64,000 bases of DNA from Minisyncoccota bacterium (GTDB taxonomy: Bacteria; Patescibacteriota; Minisyncoccia; 2-02-FULL-40-12; GWA2-44-9), in NCBI GenBank assembly GCA_030583765.1, contig CP129474.1, positions 405,168-469,167 on the forward strand, read 5' to 3'. Each line of letters opens with the position of its first letter. The stretch's first letter is position 1. The notes beneath the pieces were generated by a model. The model did no database searches. It was not told the DNA's origin and saw only the letters and a program-made list of their open reading frames with translations. A program made the translations under genes and the position numbers. Of the stretch, positions 35,103-43,659 are shown piece by piece.

Positions 35103-36191
35103 TTAGAAAAGGCTCCGTTGCGCGGGGTGCTCCCGGAGGCCGCGGATGATCAGCTCACCGCGGACGTAGTACGGAGCAGCCGGGATAGTGAACCGGCACG
35201 TGTCTTGCACGGGACACGTGCGACACGATCGTTCGAATGCCCGGGTTTGGGCTTCATCCCACGTGACTGCGAGCGGGGTGAGCTCTGTTTTTCTTCCGCC
35301 GCCCTTTCCGCGGTACACAGTTGTGTTGCCGGGATGTTGTGTGCAGACTGCGCGGGACAGTCCCCACACAACCTCGGAGAGGTGAACGGGATCTGTGGCG
35401 TGTGTGTGGGCGTACCACGAGAAGAAGTCACGCAGTGCCGAGAGGACGATCGGATGGAAGTAGTTGAGTTTTCCATTCTTTTCGCCTCCCTCGATGATGC
35501 GCACGATGTCGTGTGCGACCATGACGCGGAGCACATGGAAGTCGATGGGCGCGGGGAAGGTGAATGGATCTCCAAACCCGGCTTCAACCAAGAAGTAGAT
35601 CAGCATGCTGACCATCTTTTCTTGGAACCCAAGGAACCCGTGATGGTGCGGCTCGTACGCGCGCGCCTTTTTCTTCTTGTTTTGAATGCGCAGACACGCT
35701 TCTTCAAAGGTGGTAACGCCGTTCATGAGCGTGCGCGGGTCTGCGTCCCAGTGGTCGCGTAGCCGTCGGAAGTTCTCAACCCAGAACGAGCTAATCTCTT
35801 CACTGTTGAAGTTCAGGCCGTTACGGGCGAGGATGTCTCGAATCTCTACCGGATCGCAAGTACTCACGACTTCGGGACGAACCAGTTCCGGGCGCACTTC
35901 GTAGATGCGACTCAACGACTGTGCAGCCCTGTCACTTGTGATACCCCCTCGCATATAGAAACATAATGCGAAGAGGTAGCAGGCGTGGTCTCGATTGTCT
36001 GCGAACCCACCTCGGGGCAGATTCTCAGGGATCTGTGGCGGGAGAGCTTTCTTCAGAGTGAAGGGGAAGCTCTTTTCTCGAAACGCGCGCATGAGCGTGG
36101 TAAGGATCCGCGCACCATGTTCACGATCTACAACTATGCGCATTGGCACGGGCACCTCCTTTTCCTGCCAATAGGGCGGATTGAACCACAA
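35103..36191 (-). CDS. Hypothetical protein with a C-terminal Cys cluster (CRTCPVQDTCRF)
   Basis: A long ORF with coding-like composition and no motif I can name with confidence. The start is ambiguous (36191 or the internal Met at about 36143). Confidence 0.5.
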   Translation of the reverse strand: MWFNPPYWQEKEVPVPMRIVVDREHGARILTTLMRAFREKSFPFTLKKALPPQIPENLPRGGFADNRDHACYLFALCFYMRGGITSDRAAQSLSRIYEVRPELVRPEVVSTCDPVEIRDILARNGLNFNSEEISSFWVENFRRLRDHWDADPRTLMNGVTTFEEACLRIQNKKKKARAYEPHHHGFLGFQEKMVSMLIYFLVEAGFGDPFTFPAPIDFHVLRVMVAHDIVRIIEGGEKNGKLNYFHPIVLSALRDFFSWYAHTHATDPVHLSEVVWGLSRAVCTQHPGNTTVYRGKGGGRKTELTPLAVTWDEAQTRAFERSCRTCPVQDTCRFTIPAAPYYVRGELIIRGLREHPAQRSLF

Positions 36192-36230
36192 TGTTTAGCG
36201 TGATGCAATCATTGACCTCACGATGCACTT

Positions 36231-36905
36231 TTGTTAATGCGATATGGAGGAGGTGAAACAGTGCCTGCAGTATACACTGACGCACAACGCTCTGCGTTGA
36301 TCGGTCGTTTTTTCGTATTCGCCACGCGCAAGATGTTCGGGGGAAACCCTGCGCGCACGAAGGCTCTTGGGGATGGTGATCTCTGGAACTTCGCGGATGA
36401 GTGGGCGATCGAGGTCAAGGCAACCAACCACCTTGATAAGCCAAAAATCTTCTTGTGCCAGGCTCGCGCGTTCGCCGATGGCGGATGGCCGCTCCAGCAT
36501 CGTGTGGTGTGTACGTGGTTCTACCTGAACGGCTTGCGTCACAATGAGCGCATTCTCCGCGGCGCAAAGACGACACATCGGCTCGATACGCTTCTTGCGC
36601 ACCGAACGCGACTACTGGTTGTGTGTGATGCGACGACACTGCTCCGTTTCGCCGAGAGGTATGGGACATACACTGTCGTGCGCGATGGCGCGAGTGCTGA
36701 GATCGTTCACATGACTTATGCACGCATGCGCCAACACGCCGAGAATCCGCAATGCTTGCGATCCGAACTCGGGCTCGATAAGAGCCACGTGGCGAGCACA
36801 CGCGAAACAACACTTCGCTTTCGTGGGCGAGGGATGGCATTCACTATGTTGACGCTTGTCACGCGAGCAACGTACGATGCTCTGCGCTTTTCGGAAAAGT
36901 TCTAG
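36231..36905 (+). CDS. Hypothetical protein with a PD-(D/E)xK-like nuclease motif (GDGD...ADEWAIEVK)
   Basis: The D...E-x-K spacing is typical of the restriction-endonuclease fold. It is divergent from the upstream hypothetical gene. Confidence 0.45.
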   Translation: MLMRYGGGETVPAVYTDAQRSALIGRFFVFATRKMFGGNPARTKALGDGDLWNFADEWAIEVKATNHLDKPKIFLCQARAFADGGWPLQHRVVCTWFYLNGLRHNERILRGAKTTHRLDTLLAHRTRLLVVCDATTLLRFAERYGTYTVVRDGASAEIVHMTYARMRQHAENPQCLRSELGLDKSHVASTRETTLRFRGRGMAFTMLTLVTRATYDALRFSEKF

Positions 36906-37012
36906 CTCGCGCCCGCATTTCCTACGAAATGGGGGCGCGCTTTCTATAGCGCATGACTCGTTGCGTAAAGCCTATAATTCCAGTATAGTGTGACCCTAGG
37001 ATGCGGATATAT

Positions 37013-37104
37013 GGAGGCGTGTCAGAGTGGTCTAATGTACCTCTTTGCTAAAGAGGCAGGGGCGTTAAAACCCCTCGGAGGTTCGAATCCTCCCGCCTCC
37101 GCCA
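37013..37104 (+). tRNA. tRNA-Ser (anticodon GCU), type II, CCA encoded
   Basis: Acceptor GGAGGCG/CGCCTCC, anticodon loop TTGCTAA, long variable arm CAGGGGCGTTAAAACCCCTCG, and T-arm GGAGGTTCGAATCCTCC. Confidence 0.85.
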
Positions 37105-37142
37105 CACTAACAGAGACTGCCAAATGGCAGTCTCTGTTAGTG
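37105..37142. repeat. Perfect 17-bp palindrome CACTAACAGAGACTGCC-aaat-GGCAGTCTCTGTTAGTG immediately after tRNA-Ser
   Basis: Read directly from the sequence. It could be a terminator or processing hairpin, or a protein-binding site. Confidence 0.7.
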
Positions 37143-37189
37143 TTCTAGTGAATCCTTCCGCCGCTTTTGCTATAGTTCCTTCATGCATT

Positions 37190-37276
37190 GGAGAGGTGGC
37201 TGAGTGGTTGAAAGCAGCGGTTTACTAAACCGCCGGGCTCGCAAGAGCCTCGTGGGTTCGAATCCCACCCTCTCCG
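37190..37276 (+). tRNA. Ser-like type-II tRNA whose anticodon loop reads TTACTAA (apparent anticodon ACU); possibly tRNA-Ser with a G34A change, or a pseudo/variant tRNA
   Basis: Acceptor GGAGAGG/CCTCTCC-G, 3-bp D-stem GCT/AGC, anticodon stem GCGGT/ACCGC, long variable arm CGGGCTCGCAAGAGCCTCG, and T-arm GTGGGTTCGAATCCCAC. CCA is not encoded. Confidence 0.6.
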
Positions 37277-37431
37277 CATATGCTTTTGAACATGCCTTTA
37301 GGCATATTTAAAAGCATCTAGTGTGGAAAGTGGGGCGGCATTCGAACGGCCGGAGTGATGTTGCGTCACCAGATGCAACCACGAGGCCCGGCCCTGAGGC
37401 TATGACGAGCGACGGCGAGTCAGAGACCGAA

Positions 37432-37454
37432 GGCGAACCCCACCCTCTCCGCCA
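37432..37454 (+). repeat. 23-bp imperfect direct copy of a tRNA 3' end (GGCGAACCCCACCCTCTCCGCCA, compared with GGTTCGAATCCCACCCTCTCCGCA of the upstream tRNA); att-like scar
   Basis: Found by direct comparison with positions 37254-37278. Confidence 0.55.
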
Positions 37455-37463
37455 AAATTGAAG

Positions 37464-38195
37464 TTATATCTCCCGCGCGATGACGAGCGCGGAGACAGAG
37501 GAAGCGCCTGCGGCGCGTAAAGCTGTGGCGCACGCATCAAGTGTGGCGCCAGTCGTGCATACGTCATCAATGAGCAGAATACTTTTTCCTTTTACGAGCG
37601 AAGGGTGTGGGCATGAGAATAAATTCTGCACTGATAAGAATCGCTCGGTACGCGAATGGTGCACTTGGGTTTCAGTGTGGTGGGTGCGCATAAGTGTGGC
37701 CGGCGCGTAGATCTGCTGTGTGGCGTGCGCAATAATCTCTGCAATGCGCCCTGCTTGGTTGAACCCGCGCCAGTTTAGGCGCCGCGTGTGGAGAGGCACG
37801 GGAACAATGAGGGGGTTTTCGGAAAAGATATTGCGCGTACGCGACATGCGCTTGAGTGCGCGCAACACTACGCGGCCGAGCGGGCGGTGCAAGTCTTCAA
37901 TGCATCCATACTTATATGCGTGAAGTGCGGTGCGCACGGCAGGGTGTTGAAAGTGGGTGGCGGCGTAGAGCGCACTAATATTCCATTCTGGAGCGCACGA
38001 GGAACACGCTACGCCTTGTGGTGTGGCGCGAGCGCAGCCAATACATTGTCCGGATGCGCTCACAGGAATGCGGCCGGCACACGCGCGACAGAGGTAGCGA
38101 TCGCGGGGATCGTAGGGGAGCGCGTCACACGCGACGCATCGCGGCGGGAAAATGGCATCGGCAAGGGTGGTGCACAGCTGGGCGATGGAGGGCAT
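37464..38195 (-). CDS. comFC: ComF-family protein (ComFC; phosphoribosyltransferase-like competence protein with N-terminal double zinc ribbon)
   Basis: An N-terminal zinc-ribbon region with CxxC pairs (CVAC...CRAC...CIGC...CSSC), and a C-terminal PRTase motif ILLIDDVCTTGATL. Confidence 0.8.
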   Translation of the reverse strand: MPSIAQLCTTLADAIFPPRCVACDALPYDPRDRYLCRACAGRIPVSASGQCIGCARATPQGVACSSCAPEWNISALYAATHFQHPAVRTALHAYKYGCIEDLHRPLGRVVLRALKRMSRTRNIFSENPLIVPVPLHTRRLNWRGFNQAGRIAEIIAHATQQIYAPATLMRTHHTETQVHHSRTERFLSVQNLFSCPHPSLVKGKSILLIDDVCTTGATLDACATALRAAGASSVSALVIAREI

Positions 38196-38218
38196 GGTAT
38201 ACTACAGGTGACGTTACC

Positions 38219-39268
38219 ATGTTCAAACTTTTTCAGTCAAAAGGAAAACTCGGTGTCGATATCGGGACACATGCTATTAAAATTGTCGAGCTTGGGAAGG
38301 ATAACGGGCGCTTTACTCTTTTAAACTATGGCATCTTCGCATTTCCCGAAACGGGCACAGGCACAACGCCCGAAGAGCGCGATGCATTCCTTACGCAGGG
38401 GATTAAACAACTCATCGAGCAGTGCAAGTTCTCTAGCGTAGATGCCGTTGCCGCAATTCCACCGTTTTCACTGTTCACGACGGTGATTGAAATGCCGTAT
38501 CTTTCGGAAGACGATCTTGCAAAGGCGATTCCCTTTGAGGCGCGTAAGTATGTTCCTATTCCATTAAGCGAGGTGGTGTTGGATTGGTCTATTATTGGCG
38601 TGAATGAAGCGGCGCCAGGATCTACTACGCCACCAACCGTCGAGATTTTTATTGCTGCCGTACCTCGCGAAGAAACAGCTCGCTATCAGGCGATCATGCA
38701 AGCGGCTGGTTTAAATCTTGTTGCACTCGAATTGCAGAACACGGGGCTTATCCGTGGACTACTCGGTAACGATTTAAGTCCCACGGCGGTCGTTGATATC
38801 GGAGGGCGGGGCACAACTATTATTGTCGTGAATAAGGGATATGAACGAGTGAATCGTTCCTATGAGGTGGGGAGTTTTGAAATTACGAAATCCATTGCTC
38901 GCGCGTTGAGCATCAGTGAAGGGAAGGCAGAGGGATTGAAGATGCAGTATGGTTTGCGCGAGGGAGATGACAATGTTATTCGCGATTCAGTAATTTCGCT
39001 TGTCGACCTCATTGTATTTGAAGCAAGCAAAACAATCGCCGGATATGAGGAGTCTAAAAATACAAAAATCGGCCGCGTTGTCGTTACCGGAGGGCTCGCA
39101 AATATGCCAGGTTTTGTTGCATATTTTACAAAGCGTCTCGCGCGCGATGTTATTGTGGGGAATGCGTTCTCTCGGGTTGTCTACCCACAGCAGTTGGCGC
39201 CGGTGATTCAAGAGCTTTCAAACACGCTTGCGGTAGCCACAGGTTTAGCCATGCGCGAAGAAAGCTAA
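38219..39268 (+). CDS. pilM: Type IV pilus assembly protein PilM (actin-like ATPase)
   Basis: MFKLFQSKGKLGVDIGTHAIKIVEL, the typical PilM N-terminus. The start is taken at ATG 38219, 23 bp from the divergent comFC. Confidence 0.8.
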   Translation: MFKLFQSKGKLGVDIGTHAIKIVELGKDNGRFTLLNYGIFAFPETGTGTTPEERDAFLTQGIKQLIEQCKFSSVDAVAAIPPFSLFTTVIEMPYLSEDDLAKAIPFEARKYVPIPLSEVVLDWSIIGVNEAAPGSTTPPTVEIFIAAVPREETARYQAIMQAAGLNLVALELQNTGLIRGLLGNDLSPTAVVDIGGRGTTIIVVNKGYERVNRSYEVGSFEITKSIARALSISEGKAEGLKMQYGLREGDDNVIRDSVISLVDLIVFEASKTIAGYEESKNTKIGRVVVTGGLANMPGFVAYFTKRLARDVIVGNAFSRVVYPQQLAPVIQELSNTLAVATGLAMREES

Positions 39269-39309
39269 TGGTATACTAGCGACAGGGAGCATTCCGCTCT
39301 CTCTTTCCT

Positions 39310-39939
39310 ATGCCAGGCCGCGGCGGCATTCAACTTCTACCTACACTTCCCGGCACCAAGAAAATCGACGTAGCAACGCCGGGGGAATACACCGTACTCA
39401 TTATTGGAGTACTTATTTTCGCTGTGGGCATTGGGTTTTCGCTGTTCGCGTGGCTACAGGTGAAGGCAAAGGAAGAAAAAATTGCAGCATTGAACGTAGA
39501 AATCGAGCAGATTGAAAAATCACGTATTGTAAAAGATGAGCAAACAATTATTGCGTTTCGCAAGCAGCTTGCTCCCGTGGGAAGCATTCTCGACAATCAC
39601 ATATTTGTATCTCAAGGCTTAACGGCTCTTGAGAGCCTTATCCACTCTAAAGTGCAAGTAAAAAACTTATCAATACAAGCACAGCAAGGCTCTGTGTCGG
39701 TGAGGGGATTTGCTCCAGATTACACAACGATCGCGCAACAGCTTGCTACGTTCTTGCGTAAAAATAAGCATGTTACCTCTGCGGTGCTTGGCGGCATGCA
39801 AACAAACAATGCGGGCGGACTTGATTTCGACGTATCGCTTTCAGTGAATAGCGATGCATTTTTCAAGAAGCAACCATCGCCAACGCCTCGGCCGAGCCCT
39901 TCTGGTAAGCCATCTCCCGCAGTTTCTCCTCAGCTATGA
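39310..39939 (+). CDS. pilN: Type IV pilus assembly protein PilN
   Basis: A single N-terminal TM segment, a coiled-coil and a periplasmic domain. It sits in the pilMNO order. Confidence 0.65.
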   Translation: MPGRGGIQLLPTLPGTKKIDVATPGEYTVLIIGVLIFAVGIGFSLFAWLQVKAKEEKIAALNVEIEQIEKSRIVKDEQTIIAFRKQLAPVGSILDNHIFVSQGLTALESLIHSKVQVKNLSIQAQQGSVSVRGFAPDYTTIAQQLATFLRKNKHVTSAVLGGMQTNNAGGLDFDVSLSVNSDAFFKKQPSPTPRPSPSGKPSPAVSPQL

Positions 39940-40523
39940 ATCTCCCCGCTGCGCCAAAAGACATGATCGGTGCGACGCTTGCGGCCATTGGCGTCGCGTT
40001 GGGTTGGGGCTTGGGATACGCACACATGAGCACCTTGGGCGCCCATGATGATGCTATAGCTGAGCGCGAGAGCTTTGTAGAGAAACGCCTTCAGCAAAAA
40101 GCGAATTTTGAGGATCTGTTTGCGGCATACACCTCAGCGAGTGATATTAAGCGCGCAACGCAGGAGATTTTGCCCACCGAAGAAAATATTCCCGAACTTA
40201 TTTCTGCGTTGCAGCAAATGGCTCGCGACTCTGGCGTCGGGGTAAAATCAATTTCAGTGACAGGCGCAGGAGGGGGGAAGGGCACACAGGCATCAGTGAC
40301 GATCCAGCAAGTGGGTATTTCGCTGAGTGTGCAGGGTTCGTATAGTAGTATCAAAACTCTCCTCTCGTTTATAGAGAAGAATCGTCGCATCATTGATGTC
40401 TCAACAATAGATTTTGCTCCAAGTGCAATTGATACGACGATCATTGATACGACGATCTCCGCGAGTGCTTACGTTGCACCCGAACAAGCGCAGCGTGATG
40501 AAGAAACGCCGACGAAGAAGTAA
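39936..40523 (+). CDS. pilO: Type IV pilus assembly protein PilO
   Basis: An N-terminal TM segment plus a coiled-coil, overlapping the pilN stop by 4 bp. Confidence 0.6.
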   Translation: MNLPAAPKDMIGATLAAIGVALGWGLGYAHMSTLGAHDDAIAERESFVEKRLQQKANFEDLFAAYTSASDIKRATQEILPTEENIPELISALQQMARDSGVGVKSISVTGAGGGKGTQASVTIQQVGISLSVQGSYSSIKTLLSFIEKNRRIIDVSTIDFAPSAIDTTIIDTTISASAYVAPEQAQRDEETPTKK

Positions 40524-40538
40524 ATTCTTTTCATACCA

Positions 40539-40823
40539 ATGACACAGCAATCTTCCGGATCACAAATATACATTATTCTCGGCGCGATTGTGCTCTTGGG
40601 GGCCGTTGCGGGATACATTGTTTCGGGCATGGTGAGTCAGGGTGTAGATATCCCTCCATACACTGTCCAAAAACCTGATACACTCAAAGAGCTTGATGGC
40701 CCCGGATTTCAATTTGGGTTGTTGCGCGGCAACGCAACATATACTTCGTTGCAGTCGTTCGGTGAGTCGACAGTAACAATCCCAGCAGGAGGTCGTCTCA
40801 ACATGTTCGCGCCCGTGCAGTAA
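40539..40823 (+). CDS. Small membrane protein in the pilus locus (PilP-like position)
   Basis: 94 aa with an N-terminal TM segment IYIILGAIVLLGAVAGYIV. The call rests on its position only. Confidence 0.4.
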   Translation: MTQQSSGSQIYIILGAIVLLGAVAGYIVSGMVSQGVDIPPYTVQKPDTLKELDGPGFQFGLLRGNATYTSLQSFGESTVTIPAGGRLNMFAPVQ

Positions 40824-40829
40824 TCATGT

Positions 40830-42590
40830 ATGGCAAATCGTACCCCCATTCTCCTGATTCAAGAATTAGTTCGTCAAAACCTCATTACCGAGGATGCGGC
40901 GCTTGCGCTTGACGCGCGCGCACGTCAGGAGCGGAAAGATCTTTCAGATTTGCTTGTCGAGCAAAATATTATTTCAGAAAAGGATCTCACCGCACTTCGT
41001 TCAAAGCTATATAAATTGCCGAGCCTCGACGCAGGCACGCTGCAGCCAAACCCAGACGCACTTGCGCTTATCCCAGAAGATGTTGCTGCTTTTTATCGCA
41101 TTGTCGCATTTGATCGGGATGACACTACACTGAAGGTGGCATTGGTAAACCCAGAGGATATCGATGCCCTTGAGGCGTTGAAATTCGTTGCTGTAGGAAA
41201 GGGGCTCCGCCTTGAAAAATACATTGTATCCGCCCAAGGGCTCGAAAAGCTTCTCGCGAATAATCGCACATTGAGTGGCGATGTTGGACTTGCGCTTGAT
41301 GCGCTGGCACAAGATGCTACCGAAGTGAAGGCAGAAGCAGAGGCGAGTACGTTGCAGCTTGAAGAGATTACCGCAGAATCTCCGGTTATTAAGATTGTTG
41401 GCGCTATTTTAAAACATGCCGTTGAGTCTCGTGCTTCGGATATTCACATCGAGCCGTTTGAAGAGCGCGTACGAGTACGCTATCGCATCGATGGTGCGTT
41501 GGTGAAAACACTGCAACTCCCGCGGCAGCTGCACCCCGCAATTGTCACGCGTGTCAAAATTCTCTCCGAGCTCAAGATTGATGAAACGCGCATCAGTCAA
41601 GATGGTCGATTCTCGCTTCGCGTTGGTAGCCGCAAGATCGATTATCGTGTTTCCACGCTACCCACGAAACATGGTGAAAAAATTGTGATGCGTATTCTTG
41701 ATCCATTCGGGAATGATGTCGGCATGGAACAGTTGGGATTTCAAGACGAACCGCGCGCCGCGCTGGAGCGTGCAATCGCAAAGCCATACGGGAGCATCCT
41801 TATCACCGGTCCTACAGGCTCTGGTAAATCAACAACGATTGCTGCGGTGCTGCGACGATTGAACACGGAAGATGTAAACATTGTGACCTTGGAAGATCCG
41901 GTAGAATATTTTTTGGATGGAGTAAACCAGTCTCAGGTGCATGAAGAAATTGGCTACACGTTTGCCACCGGGTTGCGTAGTATTTTGCGCCAAGACCCGG
42001 ATATCGTAGTGGTCGGTGAAGTGCGTGACCATGAAACGGCGGGTCTTGCAACACAAGCCGCACTCACTGGCCACCTCGTGCTCTCAACGCTGCACACGAA
42101 TGATGCGATCGGAGTCATTCCTCGTCTCATTGATATGGGAATCGAGAAATATCTTATTCCGCCAACCCTTAATGTGGTGGTGGGGCAACGGTTGGTGCGC
42201 AGACTATGCAAAGCGTGTGCGCTCACCGAAAAAGCGAACGCAACCGAGCAGGAAATGATTACTAAAGCGGTGCAAGAAATGCCGCGAGCGTATCAAGAGA
42301 CATATGCGGTGAAGGACGGTTACACAATCCAAAAGCCAAATATCAATCCTGGCGGGTGTCCGGAGTGTGGCGGGAAGGGATACAAAGGCCGTGTCGGTGT
42401 TTATGAGGTGCTCGAAATGACCCCCGCAATCGAAAAGCTAGTGCTCAGCACCTTTTCCGAGGCTGCGCTTCGTCAGGAAGCGGAGCGACAGGGGATGCTT
42501 ACTATGTATCAAGATGGTATTCTCAAGGTGCTCCAAGGCATGGCGTCGCTTCAGGACATCTTAGAGCTTGTTGGCGATTCTTCATCATGA
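40830..42590 (+). CDS. pilB: Type IV pilus assembly ATPase PilB (GspE family)
   Basis: N-terminal GspII_N-like domains, Walker A GPTGSGKSTT, and a tetracysteine motif CPECGGKGYKGR. Confidence 0.9.
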   Translation: MANRTPILLIQELVRQNLITEDAALALDARARQERKDLSDLLVEQNIISEKDLTALRSKLYKLPSLDAGTLQPNPDALALIPEDVAAFYRIVAFDRDDTTLKVALVNPEDIDALEALKFVAVGKGLRLEKYIVSAQGLEKLLANNRTLSGDVGLALDALAQDATEVKAEAEASTLQLEEITAESPVIKIVGAILKHAVESRASDIHIEPFEERVRVRYRIDGALVKTLQLPRQLHPAIVTRVKILSELKIDETRISQDGRFSLRVGSRKIDYRVSTLPTKHGEKIVMRILDPFGNDVGMEQLGFQDEPRAALERAIAKPYGSILITGPTGSGKSTTIAAVLRRLNTEDVNIVTLEDPVEYFLDGVNQSQVHEEIGYTFATGLRSILRQDPDIVVVGEVRDHETAGLATQAALTGHLVLSTLHTNDAIGVIPRLIDMGIEKYLIPPTLNVVVGQRLVRRLCKACALTEKANATEQEMITKAVQEMPRAYQETYAVKDGYTIQKPNINPGGCPECGGKGYKGRVGVYEVLEMTPAIEKLVLSTFSEAALRQEAERQGMLTMYQDGILKVLQGMASLQDILELVGDSSS

Positions 42591-43657
42591 TTGATCCAAA
42601 AGCATTTCTTGCAGAGTTGCTCACTATTACCGCACAACAGGGTGCGTCCGATTTGCACCTTTCACCTGGGTACTATCCCGTGGTGCGCGTTGATCGTCGT
42701 CTCATGCCGCTCACTAATAAGCCGATCCTTGATCGAGAGACTTTGGAAAGTCTCGCCGACCTTCTCATGGGACCGGAGCGAAAGGAGCGTTTTAAGAAGG
42801 ATCGAGAGCTCGACTTCTCATTTAGTTTTGAAGATAAGGCTCGCTTTCGCGTAAATGCCTACTATACCAAAGGGAATATCGCTGCCGTGCTACGTTTTGT
42901 CCCCGATAATATCCGGACCCTTGAAGAGCTCAAGTTGCCCCCGATACTGAATGTGTTCACGAAGCTTTCACAAGGTCTTGTGTTGGTGGTTGGGCCGAAT
43001 GGACACGGCAAATCAACGACGCTCGCGGCCATGATTGAGCGGATCAACCAAGAGCGTGCGGAAAAAATTGTCACCATTGAAGACCCGATTGAGGCTATTT
43101 ATAAATCGGAGAAGAGTATTATTGACCAACGTGAGGTGGAGCAGGACACCCTTTCATTCTATAAGGCGCTCCGCGGGACATTTCGTCAGGATAACAATGT
43201 GATTGTGGTTGGTGAAATGCGCGACTATGAAACGATGAGCGCTGCGGTCACTGCCGCAGAGACGGGCCGCTTAGTGTTCGCATCATTGCACACCAACAGT
43301 GCGCCCCAAACAGTGGAGCGTATTATTGACAGCTTCCCACCGGAGCAACAGCCGCAGATTCGCGTTCAGCTCGCAAATATTCTTTCTGGAGTTGTGTCAC
43401 AGCGTCTCGTGCCGCGTATCCAAGGGGGGCTTGCCGCTGCCGTTGAAGTGATGATGGGCACTACCGCAGTGCGCACGATGATTCGAGAAAATAAGATTAA
43501 ACAATTAGAGCAGGTTATTGAGACAAGCCAAGATGTGGGCATGATCTCGCTTGATCGATCGCTTGCCGACTTAGTGCGCAAGCAGGAGGTGAGTATTGAG
43601 AATGCTGAATTCTACGCCACAAACCCACAGAACCTGAGGTCAATGCTGCGCATATAA
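42587..43657 (+). CDS. pilT: Twitching-motility/retraction ATPase PilT
   Basis: LVLVVGPNGHGKSTTLAAMI and the AIRNLIRE-like motif VRTMIRENKIKQLE. Confidence 0.88.
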   Translation: MIDPKAFLAELLTITAQQGASDLHLSPGYYPVVRVDRRLMPLTNKPILDRETLESLADLLMGPERKERFKKDRELDFSFSFEDKARFRVNAYYTKGNIAAVLRFVPDNIRTLEELKLPPILNVFTKLSQGLVLVVGPNGHGKSTTLAAMIERINQERAEKIVTIEDPIEAIYKSEKSIIDQREVEQDTLSFYKALRGTFRQDNNVIVVGEMRDYETMSAAVTAAETGRLVFASLHTNSAPQTVERIIDSFPPEQQPQIRVQLANILSGVVSQRLVPRIQGGLAAAVEVMMGTTAVRTMIRENKIKQLEQVIETSQDVGMISLDRSLADLVRKQEVSIENAEFYATNPQNLRSMLRI

Positions 43658-43659
43658 TT

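Noticed and set aside
37190-37276. Considered that the ACU-anticodon tRNA signals stop-codon or sense-codon reassignment (for example code 25)
   Set aside because: TGA, TAA and TAG are all used as ordinary stops in clearly conserved genes in this window (comM ends TGA), and the anticodon does not pair with a stop codon.
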